From Anaerohalosphaeraceae bacterium (GTDB lineage Bacteria > Planctomycetota > Phycisphaerae > Sedimentisphaerales > Anaerohalosphaeraceae), in assembly GCA_050309605.1 (NCBI GenBank), contig JBNRMN010000065.1:1-8719 (forward strand): DNA of 8,719 nt, written 5' to 3'. Positions 7,079-8,719 of the stretch are shown in pieces; position 1 is the first letter of the stretch, and each line of letters begins with the position of its first letter. The position numbers and the translations under genes are program-made. The notes beneath the pieces are model-generated. The model was not told the origin of the DNA, searched no databases, and saw only the letters and a list, made by a program, of their open reading frames with translations.

Positions 7079-7236
7079 TCCTGCCTAATCCTGTTTGGCA
7101 CTCGATTTATTTTTTGTTTCCATGCGGCAACCCCTTTCCGCGGCTACCCCTGGCGACTGAAGGATGGATTTTATCACAAATTCGACAGCAGCGCAAGTGT
7201 TATTTTTTCGTTTTATGGCGAATAACTCCCCGTCTC

Positions 7237-7292
7237 TGTCCGCTGGCGTTTGAAAAACCAGACCGTTCGGTCGGCTTATTAAAACCGCGCCG
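7237..7292. mobile_element. IS21-family-like terminus (TG start, two internal repeats)
   Basis: TGTCCGCTGGCGTTTGAAAAACCAGACCG...AAAACCGCGCCG, with repeats at 7254-7265 and 7281-7292. It aligns by eye with the reverse complement of 688-738. Confidence 0.5.
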
Positions 7293-7339
7293 CATCTGCG
7301 CTGTTCGTGTTGACTTGCGATAAGCCGAGTGGGTATGTC

Positions 7340-8494
7340 TTATTTCAGGTGGCTCCCGCAGGATTCGCGAACGATCAGGTCGGTCTTGACCATGATGTCC
7401 CGCGGCGGCATATCCGGATGCTCAATACGATCCACCATTGTTCGCACGGCTTCATAGGCCAATGCGGAGGTGTTTTGACGCATCGTCGTCAAGGAGACGG
7501 GCAGCGATTCGTCCGTGGGCAAATCATCAAACCCCACGACGCGAACGTCCTGAGGAATCTTGATGCCGTTGCGAACACAGAAATAAACCAGATCAGCCGC
7601 GGTTGAATCATTGATGCAGACGAAGGCCTCGGTTTTTTGTGATCGAATGCGGTCCAGAATTGCTTTGCCTTTGGGTGTGGCGGGTTGTTCATTCAATAAT
7701 CGGCTATCCAACTGATGAAGACGCTCTTTGCCTGGCGCGATGGAATGCTCCTCAAGGGCGGCCCGATAGCCTCGGTAGCGGTCGATGATGGCCGTGGTCT
7801 GAACCGTCCCGCAGACGAAATCGATTTTTCGACACCCCAAGTCGATCAGATGATGAGTCAGGATCAGGGCGGATTGTTCGTTGTTAATGCCCACAATATC
7901 GTAAGGGCTGCGGTGATAGCTGTCGGTGATGTCTCGATCCAGCAGTACCACGGCGATCTTTGCTTTGGCAAGCTGCTCGGTGATGTGCCGGTTGATGACG
8001 TTGTTTTCTTTCAGTTCAAGGGGGGTAAAGAAAACGCCCGCGACCTGGGAGTTGACCAGCCGTTTACAGATCGTCTGGGCCTGGCTTGAGTAGTCGGAAG
8101 GGTTCTCATGAGGGACATCGTTTAGCAACAGGGAGTAGCCGTATTGGCTGGTATATTTGAGCAATTCGGGAACCATTACCCCGAAGATGCTGCTGCTGGT
8201 GGTTTGGATAGGCCGAATCTGCCAATGGACCAGCAACCCCAGCGTTTGATTGTTGGGCTTGCTGCTTTGCATCACAAAGGTGCCTTGCCCCTGACGGCGG
8301 ACGATCAGTCCCTTTTGCTGAAGATCCCGCATGGCCCGACCGATAGTGGGTCGGGAGGTCTGAAACATCTTTGCAAGCTCGTTTTCGGTCGGCAGTTTGT
8401 CGCCCGGCTTGTAAACGCCTTTGATAATGTCATTGCATAATTTATCGTAAATCAGCTTGTGCTTGATCGGCTTTTCGAACGCGTTGCGATTCAT
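7340..8494 (-). CDS. GntR-family regulator with a C-terminal LacI/periplasmic-binding-protein-like sugar-binding domain (AraR-like), 384 aa
   Basis: I..GVYKPGDKLPTE.ELA..F.TSR.T..RA...L...GLI.RRQG.GTFV (GntR wHTH); VVLLDR, D.VGINN, THHL..LG, R..GYR.AL, CINDSTA, IPQDV.VVGFDD, LTTMRQ, LIVRESC (LacI-type effector domain). Confidence 0.94.
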   Translation of the reverse strand: MNRNAFEKPIKHKLIYDKLCNDIIKGVYKPGDKLPTENELAKMFQTSRPTIGRAMRDLQQKGLIVRRQGQGTFVMQSSKPNNQTLGLLVHWQIRPIQTTSSSIFGVMVPELLKYTSQYGYSLLLNDVPHENPSDYSSQAQTICKRLVNSQVAGVFFTPLELKENNVINRHITEQLAKAKIAVVLLDRDITDSYHRSPYDIVGINNEQSALILTHHLIDLGCRKIDFVCGTVQTTAIIDRYRGYRAALEEHSIAPGKERLHQLDSRLLNEQPATPKGKAILDRIRSQKTEAFVCINDSTAADLVYFCVRNGIKIPQDVRVVGFDDLPTDESLPVSLTTMRQNTSALAYEAVRTMVDRIEHPDMPPRDIMVKTDLIVRESCGSHLK

Positions 8495-8531
8495 AAGATA
8501 CCGTTTCGTCTGGGCATTGTAATAGGTTATT

Positions 8532-8579
8532 TCGGTTCCAATACCTATTTGATATTACTAAATCGGTACCAATAATCAA
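8532..8579 (-). promoter_or_regulatory. Candidate promoter of the GntR/AraR-like gene overlapped by two operator-like repeats
   Basis: Minus strand TTGATT (8579-8574), 16-nt spacer, TAATAT (8557-8552). Repeats TCGGTTCCAATA (8532-8543) and TCGGTACCAATA (8563-8574) are 11/12 identical, 31 bp apart and near-palindromic (ATCGGTACCAAT). Confidence 0.55.
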
Positions 8580-8596
8580 CATAATTACGAATAAAT

Positions 8597-8719
8597 CAGT
8601 ACTGTCCGGTTAACTTTTAATGTTATTTTCGTAAACAATTTCATAGTATAATGTTACAGCAAAAAACAACTGTTATCGATTTGAACTGGCTGTTATCCTA
8701 CAGCGGTATTTTGATACTG
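8597..8719 (-). mobile_element. Probable right end of an IS4-family element truncated by the window edge
   Basis: CAGTACTGTCCGGTTAA at 8597-8613 (reverse complement TTAACCGGACAGTACTG) resembles IS4-family terminal repeats as I recall them. A minus-strand frame enters from the edge as QYQNTAVG* (8719-8693), which fits a transposase tail but is too short to prove it. Confidence 0.55.

Noticed and set aside
7082..7115. Intrinsic terminator after the AraC gene (TGCCTAA...TTTGGCA, then a T-run)
   Set aside because: The stem is short and mismatched, and the T-tract is separated from it by several bases; too weak to call.

Overview
This window holds a sugar-catabolism-type locus flanked by insertion-sequence debris. 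The gene mix resembles anaerobic Planctomycetota (Phycisphaerae), but that assignment is inference only. A four-gene operon on the minus strand (6063 to 1131) encodes, in order: a signal-peptide-bearing xylose-isomerase-like TIM barrel with non-canonical active-site motifs, a Tat-exported Gfo/Idh/MocA oxidoreductase, an ExuT-like MFS transporter, and a UroD/MtaA-CmuA-family protein. A divergent AraC regulator (6224-7078) converges with a GntR-HTH/LacI-type sugar-binding (AraR-like) regulator (8494-7340), which has a candidate autoregulatory operator pair. Bases 1-1130 look like an IS graveyard: a probable transposase 3' end, an IS701-type fragment fused back-to-back to a nonsense-inactivated IS21 istB fragment, and a run of co-oriented IS21- and IS256-like termini. 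A further IS21-like end lies at about 7237 and an IS4-like end at 8597. No RNA genes or CRISPR arrays were found.
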